A DNA stretch of 64,000 bases, taken from NCBI GenBank assembly GCA_944390535.1, contig CALXQV010000015.1, forward strand, positions 9,070 through 73,069, written 5' to 3'. The notes under the pieces are model-generated. The model was not told where the DNA came from, ran no database searches, and saw only the letters and a program-made list of their open reading frames with translations. The position numbers and the translations under genes were made by a program. Shown here piece by piece: positions 9,063 to 18,192 of this stretch (positions are counted from its first letter, which is position 1; every line of letters begins with the position of its first letter). The DNA is from an uncultured Clostridia bacterium. GTDB taxonomy: Bacteria; Bacillota; Clostridia; TANB77; CAG-508.

Positions 9063-9931
9063 TAAAATTACTAGCAAGTGATTTAGATGGAACAATTGTA
9101 TATAATAACAAAATAACAGAGGTAGATTTAAAAGCAGTACAAAAATTAAAGGAGGAAGATATCAAATTTGTCATCTGTACAGGAAAAACATATGCTATGA
9201 CAAAAGATATATGTAATGAATTAATGCCTTCTTATGGAATTTTTGGAAATGGAACACAAATTATAGATATGTATACTGGTAAAGAAATTATTAAAAATAG
9301 TATCACAATTCATCAAGCAATTCAAAGTCTAAAAATTGCTGAAAAACATAAATTACATATGCATATTTACACAGATGATAGTATTGTGGCACAAGAGAAT
9401 CTAAGCTATATGGCGCATAGGAATTATATCTTATATAAAAATAAGTTACAAATTGAAACAGTGAACTCTTTAGAAAAATATATAAAAGAAAAAAGACCGA
9501 ATATATTAAAATTAGTGATATCAGGAGAACAAGATTTAATCGAAATAAAAGAAGAAATTGAAGCAAAAGAAAACGTAACTGCTATACAAATAAAAAAATA
9601 TGGAGAATATAAAGATGATGTTATAGACAAAGAATACGAATATCTAGATATTGTTCCGAAAGATACAACAAAATATCAAGCAATAAAGCAATTAAGTACC
9701 TATTTAAATATTCCACTAAAAGATATGATGGCAATTGGTGATAATATAAATGATATAGAAATGATAAGACATGTAGGAATTGGAATAGCAATTGCAGGAA
9801 GTTTTGGAGAAGTAAAAGAAGTGGCTACTTACATAACTAAAAATACAGTGAAAACAGGTGGTTTTGCAGAAGCAGTAGATAAATTTATAGATGAAAAAAG
9901 GAGAGAATATGTATACAGTAGAAGAGTTTGA
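9059..9931 (+). CDS. Cof-type HAD-IIB phosphatase
   Basis: DLDGTIV motif I and GDNINDIEM motif III. Confidence 0.85.
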   Translation: MIKLLASDLDGTIVYNNKITEVDLKAVQKLKEEDIKFVICTGKTYAMTKDICNELMPSYGIFGNGTQIIDMYTGKEIIKNSITIHQAIQSLKIAEKHKLHMHIYTDDSIVAQENLSYMAHRNYILYKNKLQIETVNSLEKYIKEKRPNILKLVISGEQDLIEIKEEIEAKENVTAIQIKKYGEYKDDVIDKEYEYLDIVPKDTTKYQAIKQLSTYLNIPLKDMMAIGDNINDIEMIRHVGIGIAIAGSFGEVKEVATYITKNTVKTGGFAEAVDKFIDEKRREYVYSRRV

Positions 9932-10355
9932 CAAAGAAAAAACAAAAGTATTAAAATATATACTATATAAAAAAAGAAGCGAAAATGAAGTTAGAAAAAA
10001 ATTTGACAAAGAAATAGAAGAAAATTTGTTAGAAGATGTGATAGCTTATTTAAAAGAAGCAAAATATATAGATGATAAGGGATATATTGAAAAAACGATT
10101 CATAACTTTATGGCTTTAAAAAATTTGTCAATACGAGAAATGGAATATAAGTTGTATAGTAAAGGAATTAAAAAAGAAGATATAGAAGATTACATTTATG
10201 AAAATAAAGAAGAATTAAATCAATATGAAATAAAATCAGCAAATAATATTGCGAATAAAAAAATAACTTCATTAGAAATCGAAGAAATAAAGCAATATTT
10301 AACGAAAAAAGGTTATAAAAAAGATAATATTGCAATCGCGTTAGAAGATGTATAA
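9909..10355 (+). CDS. recX: RecA regulator RecX
   Basis: Three-repeat helical RecX-like sequence near recA; GGAGAG RBS before ATG 9909. Confidence 0.7.
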   Translation: MYTVEEFDKEKTKVLKYILYKKRSENEVRKKFDKEIEENLLEDVIAYLKEAKYIDDKGYIEKTIHNFMALKNLSIREMEYKLYSKGIKKEDIEDYIYENKEELNQYEIKSANNIANKKITSLEIEEIKQYLTKKGYKKDNIAIALEDV

Positions 10356-10375
10356 AAGATAGAAGGAGTAAGACA

Positions 10376-11125
10376 ATGTCGATTTTAACATTAGAATCAA
10401 AAAAATATGCTATTAAGATAGAAAATTTTGAAGGACCATTAGATTTGTTGTGTCATTTAATTGAAAAAAATAAGATGGATATTTATGATATTCATTTAAA
10501 TGAAATTACAGACCAATATATACAATATTTAAACCAAACGGAAAAAATGAATCTAGAAATTGCTAGTGAATTTGTCGTTATGGCATCAACACTACTATAT
10601 TTAAAATCAAAAAATTTACTTCCAAAGCAAGAAGAGGAAGAAGAAGAACTAACAGAAGAAGAATTGATTAGAAGAATTATAGAATATAAAAAATTTAAAG
10701 AAATTAGTAAAGTATTAAAAGAAAATTATATACAAACGGGAAATCGATATTATAAAAACCAAGAAAATATAAAACTTCCAAAACAAAAGTTGGAAAAAGA
10801 TTATGATTCTACAATGATTCCTCATATATATCGAGACTTAATGGAAAGAAATCGTATAAAAATAAATCAAAATGCAAAAAATATTGAAAAAATTGCATTA
10901 GTAGAAAATTATACGGTAGCTGGTAAAGTAAAAGAGATGTTTAAGATATTAGTGAAACAAAAACGATTTGTCTTTAATAAATTATTTTCATTAAATAAAC
11001 GTAATAAACAAGAGGTAGTGACAGCATTTAGTGGTTTGTTGGAGATGTCAAGAAGAAAAAAAGTAGAAACAACACAAGAAGAGTTATTTGGAGATATCAC
11101 TGTGGAAAAAAGAAAAAGAGCATAA
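10376..11125 (+). CDS. scpA: segregation and condensation protein A
   Basis: FEGPLDLLCHLIEKNKMDIYDI...ITDQY signature. Confidence 0.9.
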   Translation: MSILTLESKKYAIKIENFEGPLDLLCHLIEKNKMDIYDIHLNEITDQYIQYLNQTEKMNLEIASEFVVMASTLLYLKSKNLLPKQEEEEEELTEEELIRRIIEYKKFKEISKVLKENYIQTGNRYYKNQENIKLPKQKLEKDYDSTMIPHIYRDLMERNRIKINQNAKNIEKIALVENYTVAGKVKEMFKILVKQKRFVFNKLFSLNKRNKQEVVTAFSGLLEMSRRKKVETTQEELFGDITVEKRKRA

Positions 11126-11129
11126 ATAC

Positions 11130-11158
11130 GTTTAAAAGTATAAAAAAAGGAAAAACTA
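11130..11158 (+). promoter_or_regulatory. forespore (sigma-F/G-type) promoter-like element upstream of ytfI-ytfJ
   Basis: GTTTA, 14 nt, GGAAAAACTA; same layout as the elements at 15938 and 49109. Confidence 0.3.
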
Positions 11159-11191
11159 ATATAAATTGCTTATAAAAAGGAGGCAAGTATA

Positions 11192-11830
11192 TTGGTTTTT
11201 CTTTTTATTATGTTAGTTATCTTAATTTTTACATTGATAATGATAACCGCGAAAGTAGAATTAAACATCGTAAATTTGAGTATTAATTCACAAAAAAGAG
11301 AACATGTTTCAAATGGATATCAAGTAATTATAAAATTAAAAATCTTAGGAAAGATACCAGTTATAAAAATTACACTAACTAAGAAAAAAATAGAAAAAAT
11401 ACAAAAATCATTAAAAATGAATGAAAAAATAGAACAATTAGAAAAGGAAATTTTACAAAATAAGAATGAATTTGATATGCAAATGATAAAAGACGTAAAA
11501 GAAGCAGGGAAAGGAATTTATATAGAAAAACTAGATTTAGAAATAGAAGGAGGAACAGAAAATGCATTTTTAACATCTATCTTAGTGGCTGTTTTTTCAA
11601 CCATATTGTCCATAGGCTTTTCAAAAATGCATATAAATGAAAATAGAGTGTTTTATAAAATAAAACCAATATATGCAAATCAAAATTGTATAAAAATTGA
11701 AATTTCTGGTATATTTCAAATAAAAGTGATACATATTATAAATACAATATATGTGTTCAATAAAAAAAGAGGAGGGAAAAAACATGAGCGAACATCCAAT
11801 AGAAGGTCTTATGACTACGGCTATGAGTAG
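11192..11830 (+). CDS. YtfI-like (DUF2953-type) sporulation membrane protein
   Basis: TTG start 8 nt after AAGGAGG; N-terminal TM; sits directly upstream of and overlapping ytfJ, as in other Firmicutes. Confidence 0.5.
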   Translation: MVFLFIMLVILIFTLIMITAKVELNIVNLSINSQKREHVSNGYQVIIKLKILGKIPVIKITLTKKKIEKIQKSLKMNEKIEQLEKEILQNKNEFDMQMIKDVKEAGKGIYIEKLDLEIEGGTENAFLTSILVAVFSTILSIGFSKMHINENRVFYKIKPIYANQNCIKIEISGIFQIKVIHIINTIYVFNKKRGGKKHERTSNRRSYDYGYE

Positions 11831-12392
11831 CATCCAAGATATGATAGATGTGAATACCATTATAGGAGAACCAATTGAAACATCTAATAATATTGTCATT
11901 ATTCCAATATCCAAAGTATCGTTTGGATTTGCAGCTGGAGGAAGTGAATTTAAGGGAGAAACGGTGGACGAATATAGGAAAAAGGAAAAGGAAGAAGAAG
12001 TACAGTATAGACTACCATTTGGAGGAGGTTCTGGAGCAGGTGTTAGCATTAATCCCATTGCTTTTTTAGTCATTCAAGGAGAAAATGTAAAACTAATGCC
12101 AGTGAATTATAGTTCTTCGATTGACAAATTATTAGACTATATTCCAGACTTATTAGATAAAACCAATCATATGGTTAATAAATGTATGCAAAAAGCAAAA
12201 GGAAAAGGAAAAGAAGAACTAAAAAATAAAGAACAGAAAAAATCAGAAAAGGTAAAAATGGACAAGACAAGAATAGAAGAAGATTTAGATGAAAATAGAC
12301 ATATAAAAGAACGAATAGAAAAAACAAAAAAACCAACAGAAGAAGAAATTACTTACGAATATGAATATGATGAAACTTTAGATGATGAGTAA
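11784..12392 (+). CDS. ytfJ: sporulation protein YtfJ / GerW family
   Basis: HPIEGLM...IGEPIE...IIPISKVSFGFAAGG signature; extra K/E-rich C-terminal tail. Confidence 0.8.
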   Translation: MSEHPIEGLMTTAMSSIQDMIDVNTIIGEPIETSNNIVIIPISKVSFGFAAGGSEFKGETVDEYRKKEKEEEVQYRLPFGGGSGAGVSINPIAFLVIQGENVKLMPVNYSSSIDKLLDYIPDLLDKTNHMVNKCMQKAKGKGKEELKNKEQKKSEKVKMDKTRIEEDLDENRHIKERIEKTKKPTEEEITYEYEYDETLDDE

Positions 12393-12892
12393 AATCGGGA
12401 ATTTGGGGACGGCCTCATTTTTCCCGTTTTCGAAATTAAGTAAGAAAAAAATATAGAATATAAAAAACGAAACGATTTTGTGTATCTGAATTTGAAATTA
12501 GAAATTCTTAAAGAAAAAAATGAGGAATGTTCATGAGGAATCAAGTGATATATTCATTTCTTATAAATGTCTCGGCTCAATACAAATGATAAAAAACTCT
12601 AAAATCATTTTATGGCACTCTTTCACTTAGTCCTCGCTATGCTCGACGTGAACATTTTCCATAAAATGATTTAAGAGTTTCTAATCATTCTCCAATCACA
12701 TTCGACATATTATGCAAAATGAATATATCACTTGATTGAGCTTGAATGAAAGAGGCTCATTTTTTTCTTTTAGAATTTCTGTGAAAATTTAGCTTATACA
12801 AAGTCGTGTAATGACTTTATATTCTATATTTTTTGTATGTTGCAAATTTAGAAAAACGGGAAAAATGAGGCCGTCCCCAAATTCCCGATTTT
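12391..12892. repeat. 502-bp foldback (MITE-like) element with perfect 40-bp terminal inverted repeats
   Basis: AAAATCGGGAATTTGGGGACGGCCTCATTTTTCCCGTTTT at 12391-12430, exact reverse complement at 12853-12892; the arms remain similar in reverse complement almost to the centre (about 12637). Confidence 0.85.
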
Positions 12893-12994
12893 AAATGTCG
12901 AAAACTTCCTATAAAACGACAAAACTTCTTAAAATTCACTCTTGGAAAATACTGGAAAAGAGAATATAATACAGAAAGAAATTTAAAGGAGGCT

Positions 12995-13318
12995 ATGATG
13001 GAATCAAAATTTTACGAAGAGGACAAGTTATTAATTTTTAGAATCACAGATGAGATTGATGATTTTAGTGTTCAAAAGATAAGGAGGAAAGCAGATTATG
13101 AAATTGAAAGATATATGCCTAAAAAGGTTATATTTGATTTTAATTGTGTTACATTCATGGATAGCGCAGGGATAGGATTGATTATTGGAAGATATAAGTT
13201 TGCAAAAATGCTAGGCGGTACAGTAGAACTGGCTAATTTAACAAGTAGCATTAAAAAAATATTTGAAATGAGTGGGATTTTAAGATTAATCCCCATCACG
13301 GATTTAGAAGTATCATAA
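12995..13318 (+). CDS. spoIIAA: anti-sigma-F factor antagonist SpoIIAA (STAS)
   Basis: STAS fold sequence with phosphorylatable Ser in FMDSAGIG; operon context. Confidence 0.9.
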   Translation: MMESKFYEEDKLLIFRITDEIDDFSVQKIRRKADYEIERYMPKKVIFDFNCVTFMDSAGIGLIIGRYKFAKMLGGTVELANLTSSIKKIFEMSGILRLIPITDLEVS

Positions 13319-13436
13319 TAAATTGTATATCTGAATATATAAGAAAAGATTAGTTTATGGATATAAGTGTTGGTAAATTTTGGGGTTTATAGGTATACCA
13401 GAAAAAAACCTAAATATATATTAAAAGGAAAAGAAG

Positions 13437-13919
13437 ATGAAAAGTGAAATTGAAAATGAAATGAAATTAGAATTTATTAGTAAGTCTGCAAATGAAGCAT
13501 TTGCAAGAATTACAGTAGCAGCTTTTGCATCACAATTAGACCCTACTATTGAGGAATTAGCAGATATTAAAACTGCAGTTTCTGAGGCAGTTACGAATTG
13601 TATTATTCATGGATATGATAAAAAGCAAGGAATTGTAAAAATATTTGCTAGATTAAAAGAAAATGAAATCTTAATAGAAATTTCAGACAAGGGAAAAGGA
13701 ATTGAAAATATTGATATAGCAAAAGAGCCATTATATACAACCAAACCAAATTTAGAAAGATCTGGTATGGGATTTACGATTATGGAAAGTTTTATGGACG
13801 AAGTAGAAATCGAATCTGTTGTAGGATTAGGAACAAAAGTAACTATGAGAAAAAGGATAAAAAATAAAATGGAAAATGAAGAATCAGATGATGAGTTTGA
13901 AATGATTACAAGAGAATAG
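13437..13919 (+). CDS. spoIIAB: anti-sigma-F factor SpoIIAB (Ser kinase)
   Basis: HATPase-type N/G boxes ([25 protein letters not shown]); lies between spoIIAA and sigF. Confidence 0.9.
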   Translation: MKSEIENEMKLEFISKSANEAFARITVAAFASQLDPTIEELADIKTAVSEAVTNCIIHGYDKKQGIVKIFARLKENEILIEISDKGKGIENIDIAKEPLYTTKPNLERSGMGFTIMESFMDEVEIESVVGLGTKVTMRKRIKNKMENEESDDEFEMITRE

Positions 13920-13928
13920 AGGTAAACT

Positions 13929-14657
13929 ATGTTTGAAAATAGTATAGAAGCAATTAAGAAGGTGCAAGCTGGGGATAAACACGAATTAGAAAGAATGATT
14001 AGGGATAATAATGGGCTGATATGGAGTATTGTAAAAAGATTTAATGGAAGAGGATATGAACTAGAAGATTTATACCAAATAGGATGTATGGGATTTATTA
14101 AATCAATTAAAAGGTTTGATACCAATTATGATGTAAAATTGTCGACATATGCCGTCCCCTATATGATAGGAGAAATTAAACGATATATTCGTGATGATGG
14201 ACCAATAAAAGTTAGTAGAAGTATTAAAGAACTAGGAATGAAGATAAGAGAACTACAAAGAGAAAGTGTTAATAAAACAGGGAAAGAGTTAAGTATAGAA
14301 GAATTAGAAAAAGAATTAAAGATTTCAAAGGAGGATATAGGATTAGCATTAGAAGCAAATCATACAGTAGAGTCCATAGATGGAAAATGTTATACCAATC
14401 ATAAAGATGGAAATAGTATTCATTTAATAGAAAAAATTTCAACAGATAAAAACGAAGAAGAATGTATCACAAATAAATTAGCAATTAAACAATTAATAGA
14501 AGGATTAGCAGATAGGGATAAAGAAATCATATTTTTACGATTCTATAAAGATAAGACACAGTCACAAGTTGCAAAAATTCTTGGAATTACCCAAGTACAA
14601 GTATCAAGACTAGAAAGAAAAATTTTAGAAAATATGAAAATGAAGCTAATTTCATAG
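13929..14657 (+). CDS. sigF: sporulation sigma factor SigF
   Basis: Sigma-70 regions 2-4 (DLYQIGCMGFIKSIKRFD; QSQVAKILGITQVQVSRLE); third gene of the spoIIA operon. Confidence 0.9.
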   Translation: MFENSIEAIKKVQAGDKHELERMIRDNNGLIWSIVKRFNGRGYELEDLYQIGCMGFIKSIKRFDTNYDVKLSTYAVPYMIGEIKRYIRDDGPIKVSRSIKELGMKIRELQRESVNKTGKELSIEELEKELKISKEDIGLALEANHTVESIDGKCYTNHKDGNSIHLIEKISTDKNEEECITNKLAIKQLIEGLADRDKEIIFLRFYKDKTQSQVAKILGITQVQVSRLERKILENMKMKLIS

Positions 14658-14669
14658 AGAGGTGATACA

Positions 14670-15669
14670 TTGAAAAAAGTTTTTATCTATTTTTTTGCTT
14701 TTTTATTTATCTGCTTTGTTTTACCAGCATTACTTACTAAAACAGAGATAAATGCCATATCCAATACAAACGATGAAAAGGAAGAAGAAAAACAAATTTT
14801 AGAAAACTATACATATAATCAATATGGAACGATTCGATTATTACATGCAGATACAAATGAAGTAGAAGAGGTAGCATTAGATAGCTATCTTTGCAATGTT
14901 GTATCAGCAGAAATGCCAGTAGATTTTGAAAAAGAAGCATTAAAAGCACAAGCCATTGTTGCAAGAACATATACAATCTATAAAATAAAGAATAAAAAGC
15001 ATGACAATGCAGATATTTGTGATGATTCTAATTGTTGCCAAGCTTGGATATCAAAAGAGGATAGGTTAGCTAGATGGGAAGAAGATAAAGAAGCAAAGTG
15101 GAATAAAATAGAAGAATGTGTAAAAGAAACACAAGGAAAGATGATTACCTATAACAATGAACCAATCAATGCTTTTTTTCATTCAAATAGTGGCGGGAAA
15201 ACAGAACTTCCAGTAGATGTATGGGGAGGTCGGCAGTAATATGCCATATCTTCAAGTTGTTGAAACAGCGGGAGAAAATGGGTATACACAATATAATTCA
15301 GAATTAGAGTTAACAAATGAAGAGATACTGGTAAAATTAAAAGAAAAATATCCAGATATCCAAATTGATTTTAATCAAGCAGATATCAAGATATTAGCCT
15401 ATACAACTAGTGGGAGAGTAAAAACAATTCAATTTGGAAATTATGAAATTTCTGGAACAGAAGCAAGAAGTATATTGGGATTGAGATCTACAAACTTTGA
15501 AATATTAAAAGAAGAGGGAAAAATAAAATTTGTGGTCATTGGATATGGGCATGGAGTAGGAATGAGTCAAACAGGAGCAGATAGTATGGCTAAAAATGGA
15601 AGTACAGCAGAAGAAATTATTAAACACTTTTATGTTGGTGTAGAAATTAAAGATGCTAATTCTCTTTAA
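14670..15669 (+). pseudogene. spoIID: stage II sporulation protein D (lytic transglycosylase), split by a +1 frameshift near 15231
   Basis: N-part ends ...FHSNSGGKTELPVDVWGGRQ*; C-part continues (S)NMPYLQVVE...GYGHGVGMSQTGA in the next frame. Confidence 0.8.
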
Positions 15670-15710
15670 TTTGAAATTTTTGAAAAATGAATATTTAGAA
15701 GATTTTAGAT

Positions 15711-15900
15711 AAAGCACACTAGTATGATATATTTTTTATGAATTACTTGGTTGCATTGCAGAATAAATAAATTCTAAAATTAACAAGCAGGTACCTCTCA
15801 AAGCAAGTTTGAGATTCTCCTACTTGTTAATTAAAGAATTTATAATATTCTTCCATTTACATTCGTAATTTCATAAAAAATATATCATACAGTGTGCTTT
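15711..15900. repeat. 190-bp imperfect foldback element
   Basis: 36-nt arms AAAGCACACTAGTATGATATATTTTTTATGAATTAC (15711-15746) and a near-exact reverse complement (15865-15900); inner arms are also complementary. Confidence 0.75.
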
Positions 15901-15937
15901 AGGTTATTTAGATTTCTTTAAAAAATTACTTAAAAAT

Positions 15938-15966
15938 GTATATTCTTTAAAAAAAAGGAAATACTT
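15938..15966 (+). promoter_or_regulatory. forespore (sigma-F/G-type) promoter-like element
   Basis: GTATA, 14 nt, GGAAATACTT, about 30 nt upstream of ATG 15996. Confidence 0.4.
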
Positions 15967-15995
15967 GTAATAATAAAGTATTTAAGGAGGATTAT

Positions 15996-16808
15996 ATGAA
16001 AAAGGATATTCATTTAAAAAATATAAGGGAAAAAAATATAAATGACAAAATCATTTCTTATGTAGTTATGGGAGCAATTGTGGTGGCGATTATCATCATT
16101 TCTCTTTTACTATATAGTCAAAAAATAAATAATGATGTAAAAGATGAAACAATGACATTAGAGCAAATGACAGATATTATAGGACAAGCAGAGCAAAATG
16201 AAGTGGAGACAGAAAGTGCGAGTACAGAATTAGGAAAAACAGTAGAAGAAAGTGAAGAAGAAACAGAGCAAAAAAATAGACAAAATGAAATGGCACAAAA
16301 TACAATGACAAATGAAAGTGTAGCAAGTAGTACTGTGAGTGAAAATACAACACAAAATATAACTGGTGAAGAAAATAAGGAGACAACAGCTGAGGTAAAA
16401 GAACTATCATTTGAAAGACCAGTAGAAGGAGAGATTATTAGAGAATTTGCCCAAGATAATTTAGTGTATTCAGAAACATTAGAAGAATGGACAACACATA
16501 GTGGAATGGATATAAAAGCAGATAAAACAACAGTAGTAAAAGCAGCAGAGGCTGGTGTTGTAAAATCTATAAAAAATGATCCTAGATATGGATTAACCAT
16601 TGTGATTGAACATGATGATGTTTATCAAACAGTATATTCTAATCTATTAACTTCTGAATTTGTAGTAGAAGGAGAAACAGTAGAAAAAGGACAGTCCATA
16701 GGAACTGTTGGGAACAGTGCTGTATTTGAGATAGCAGATGAACCACATTTGCATTTTGAAATCTTAAAAGATTCTATTGCAATAGACCCTTCTATTTATA
16801 TAAAATAA
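15996..16808 (+). CDS. M23/LytM-domain membrane protein, SpoIIQ-like
   Basis: N-terminal TM, E/T-rich linker, LytM domain (HSGMDI ... DEPHLHFEI); downstream of spoIID and behind a forespore-type promoter. Confidence 0.6.
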   Translation: MKKDIHLKNIREKNINDKIISYVVMGAIVVAIIIISLLLYSQKINNDVKDETMTLEQMTDIIGQAEQNEVETESASTELGKTVEESEEETEQKNRQNEMAQNTMTNESVASSTVSENTTQNITGEENKETTAEVKELSFERPVEGEIIREFAQDNLVYSETLEEWTTHSGMDIKADKTTVVKAAEAGVVKSIKNDPRYGLTIVIEHDDVYQTVYSNLLTSEFVVEGETVEKGQSIGTVGNSAVFEIADEPHLHFEILKDSIAIDPSIYIK

Positions 16809-16891
16809 TTGACTAAGAAATATAAGTGTGATAAAATATTTTGGTAAGTTAGGTTCTTATAAATTTAGGAATATAAAAAGAGGGAAGAAAA

Positions 16892-17983
16892 ATGAAGTTA
16901 GGAATCGTTGGATTACCAAATGTAGGAAAAAGTACATTATTTAATAGTATTACAAAGGCAGGAGCAGAATGTGCCAATTATCCATTTTGTACAATTGAAC
17001 CAAACGTTGGGGTTGTTCCTGTTCCAGATGAGAGACTAGACGTATTAACCAATATGTATCATCCACAAAAAACAACACATGCTGTTATTGAATTTGTGGA
17101 TATTGCAGGATTGGTAAAAGGGGCAAGTAAAGGAGAAGGACTAGGAAATAAATTTTTATCACACATTCGTGAAACAGATGCTATCTGTGAAGTAGTAAGG
17201 TGTTTTGAAGATTCTAATGTTGTACATGTTGATGGAAATATCAATCCAGTAAGAGATATTGAAACCATTAATTTAGAATTAATATTTGCAGATATCGAAA
17301 CAGTTAATAAGCGATTAGATAAAGCAAAGAAAAATCTAAAAGCAGATAAAAAATATCAAGAAGAGATTGATGTATTGGAAAAAATAAAAGAAAATTTGGA
17401 AAATGGAATTTCAGCAAGGGCAATTGATTTTAATGAAGATGAACAAGTTTTAGTAAAAGATATGTTTTTATTGACCACAAAACCAATCTTATATATTGCA
17501 AATGTATCTGAAGAACAATTAAATGATGCAGAAAATGACCCAATGGTTCAAAAAGTAAAAGAATATGCAAGTAAAGAAAAGGCAGAAGTTATACCATTGT
17601 GTGTAAAAGTAGAAGAAGAATTATCAGGATTAGAAGATACGGATAAACAAGAAATGCTAGAAATGTTAGGGTTAGAAGAATCAGGACTAGATAAAGTAAT
17701 AAAGAAAAGCTATGATTTATTAGGATTAATGTCATTTTTAACTGCTGGAGAACCAGAGGTAAGAGCATGGACAATCAAGAAAGGGACAAAAGCACCTCAA
17801 GCAGCAGGAAAAATACATTCAGACATTGAAAGAGGATTTATTAAAGCAGAAGTGGTTTCTTTCAAGGATTTAGTAGAACAAGGCTCAATGGTTGCAGCAA
17901 AAGAAAAAGGATTAGTTAGAGCAGAAGGAAAAGACTATATTATGCAAGATGGAGATATTGTTTTATTCAAATTTAATGTTTAA
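16892..17983 (+). CDS. ychF: ribosome-binding ATPase YchF
   Basis: GLPNVGKSTLFN G1 motif; full-length YchF including the C-terminal TGS-like domain. Confidence 0.95.
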   Translation: MKLGIVGLPNVGKSTLFNSITKAGAECANYPFCTIEPNVGVVPVPDERLDVLTNMYHPQKTTHAVIEFVDIAGLVKGASKGEGLGNKFLSHIRETDAICEVVRCFEDSNVVHVDGNINPVRDIETINLELIFADIETVNKRLDKAKKNLKADKKYQEEIDVLEKIKENLENGISARAIDFNEDEQVLVKDMFLLTTKPILYIANVSEEQLNDAENDPMVQKVKEYASKEKAEVIPLCVKVEEELSGLEDTDKQEMLEMLGLEESGLDKVIKKSYDLLGLMSFLTAGEPEVRAWTIKKGTKAPQAAGKIHSDIERGFIKAEVVSFKDLVEQGSMVAAKEKGLVRAEGKDYIMQDGDIVLFKFNV

Positions 17984-18034
17984 TATACCTTGCATTTTGT
18001 AACAAAAATGTAATATAAAAAATAAAAAAATGTA

Positions 18035-18063
18035 TTGACGGAAAAATAAAATAAGTATATGAT
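18035..18063 (+). promoter_or_regulatory. promoter of the LPXTG protein gene
   Basis: TTGACG, 17 nt, TATGAT. Confidence 0.45.
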
Positions 18064-18192
18064 ATATATATAATGTAACCAAAGATATGGTAGTAGTGTG
18101 TTTATAACTTGCAATTATTAGAAAAAGATGGTATAATAATAATTGTTTGTAGAGTAATAAAAAATATACTATTGAAAGTAAGGAGAGGTAAT

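Noticed and set aside
12353-12544. 63-aa ORF inside the 502-bp foldback element
   Set aside because: It has no RBS, runs antisense across the ytfJ stop and the repeat terminus, and has a low-complexity translation.
12893-12994. Sigma-H-type promoter for the spoIIA operon (GGAAAAT ... AGAGAAT around 12944-12970)
   Set aside because: The spacing between the -35-like and -10-like elements did not fit the consensus as I recall it (9 nt rather than 11-12), so I do not annotate it.
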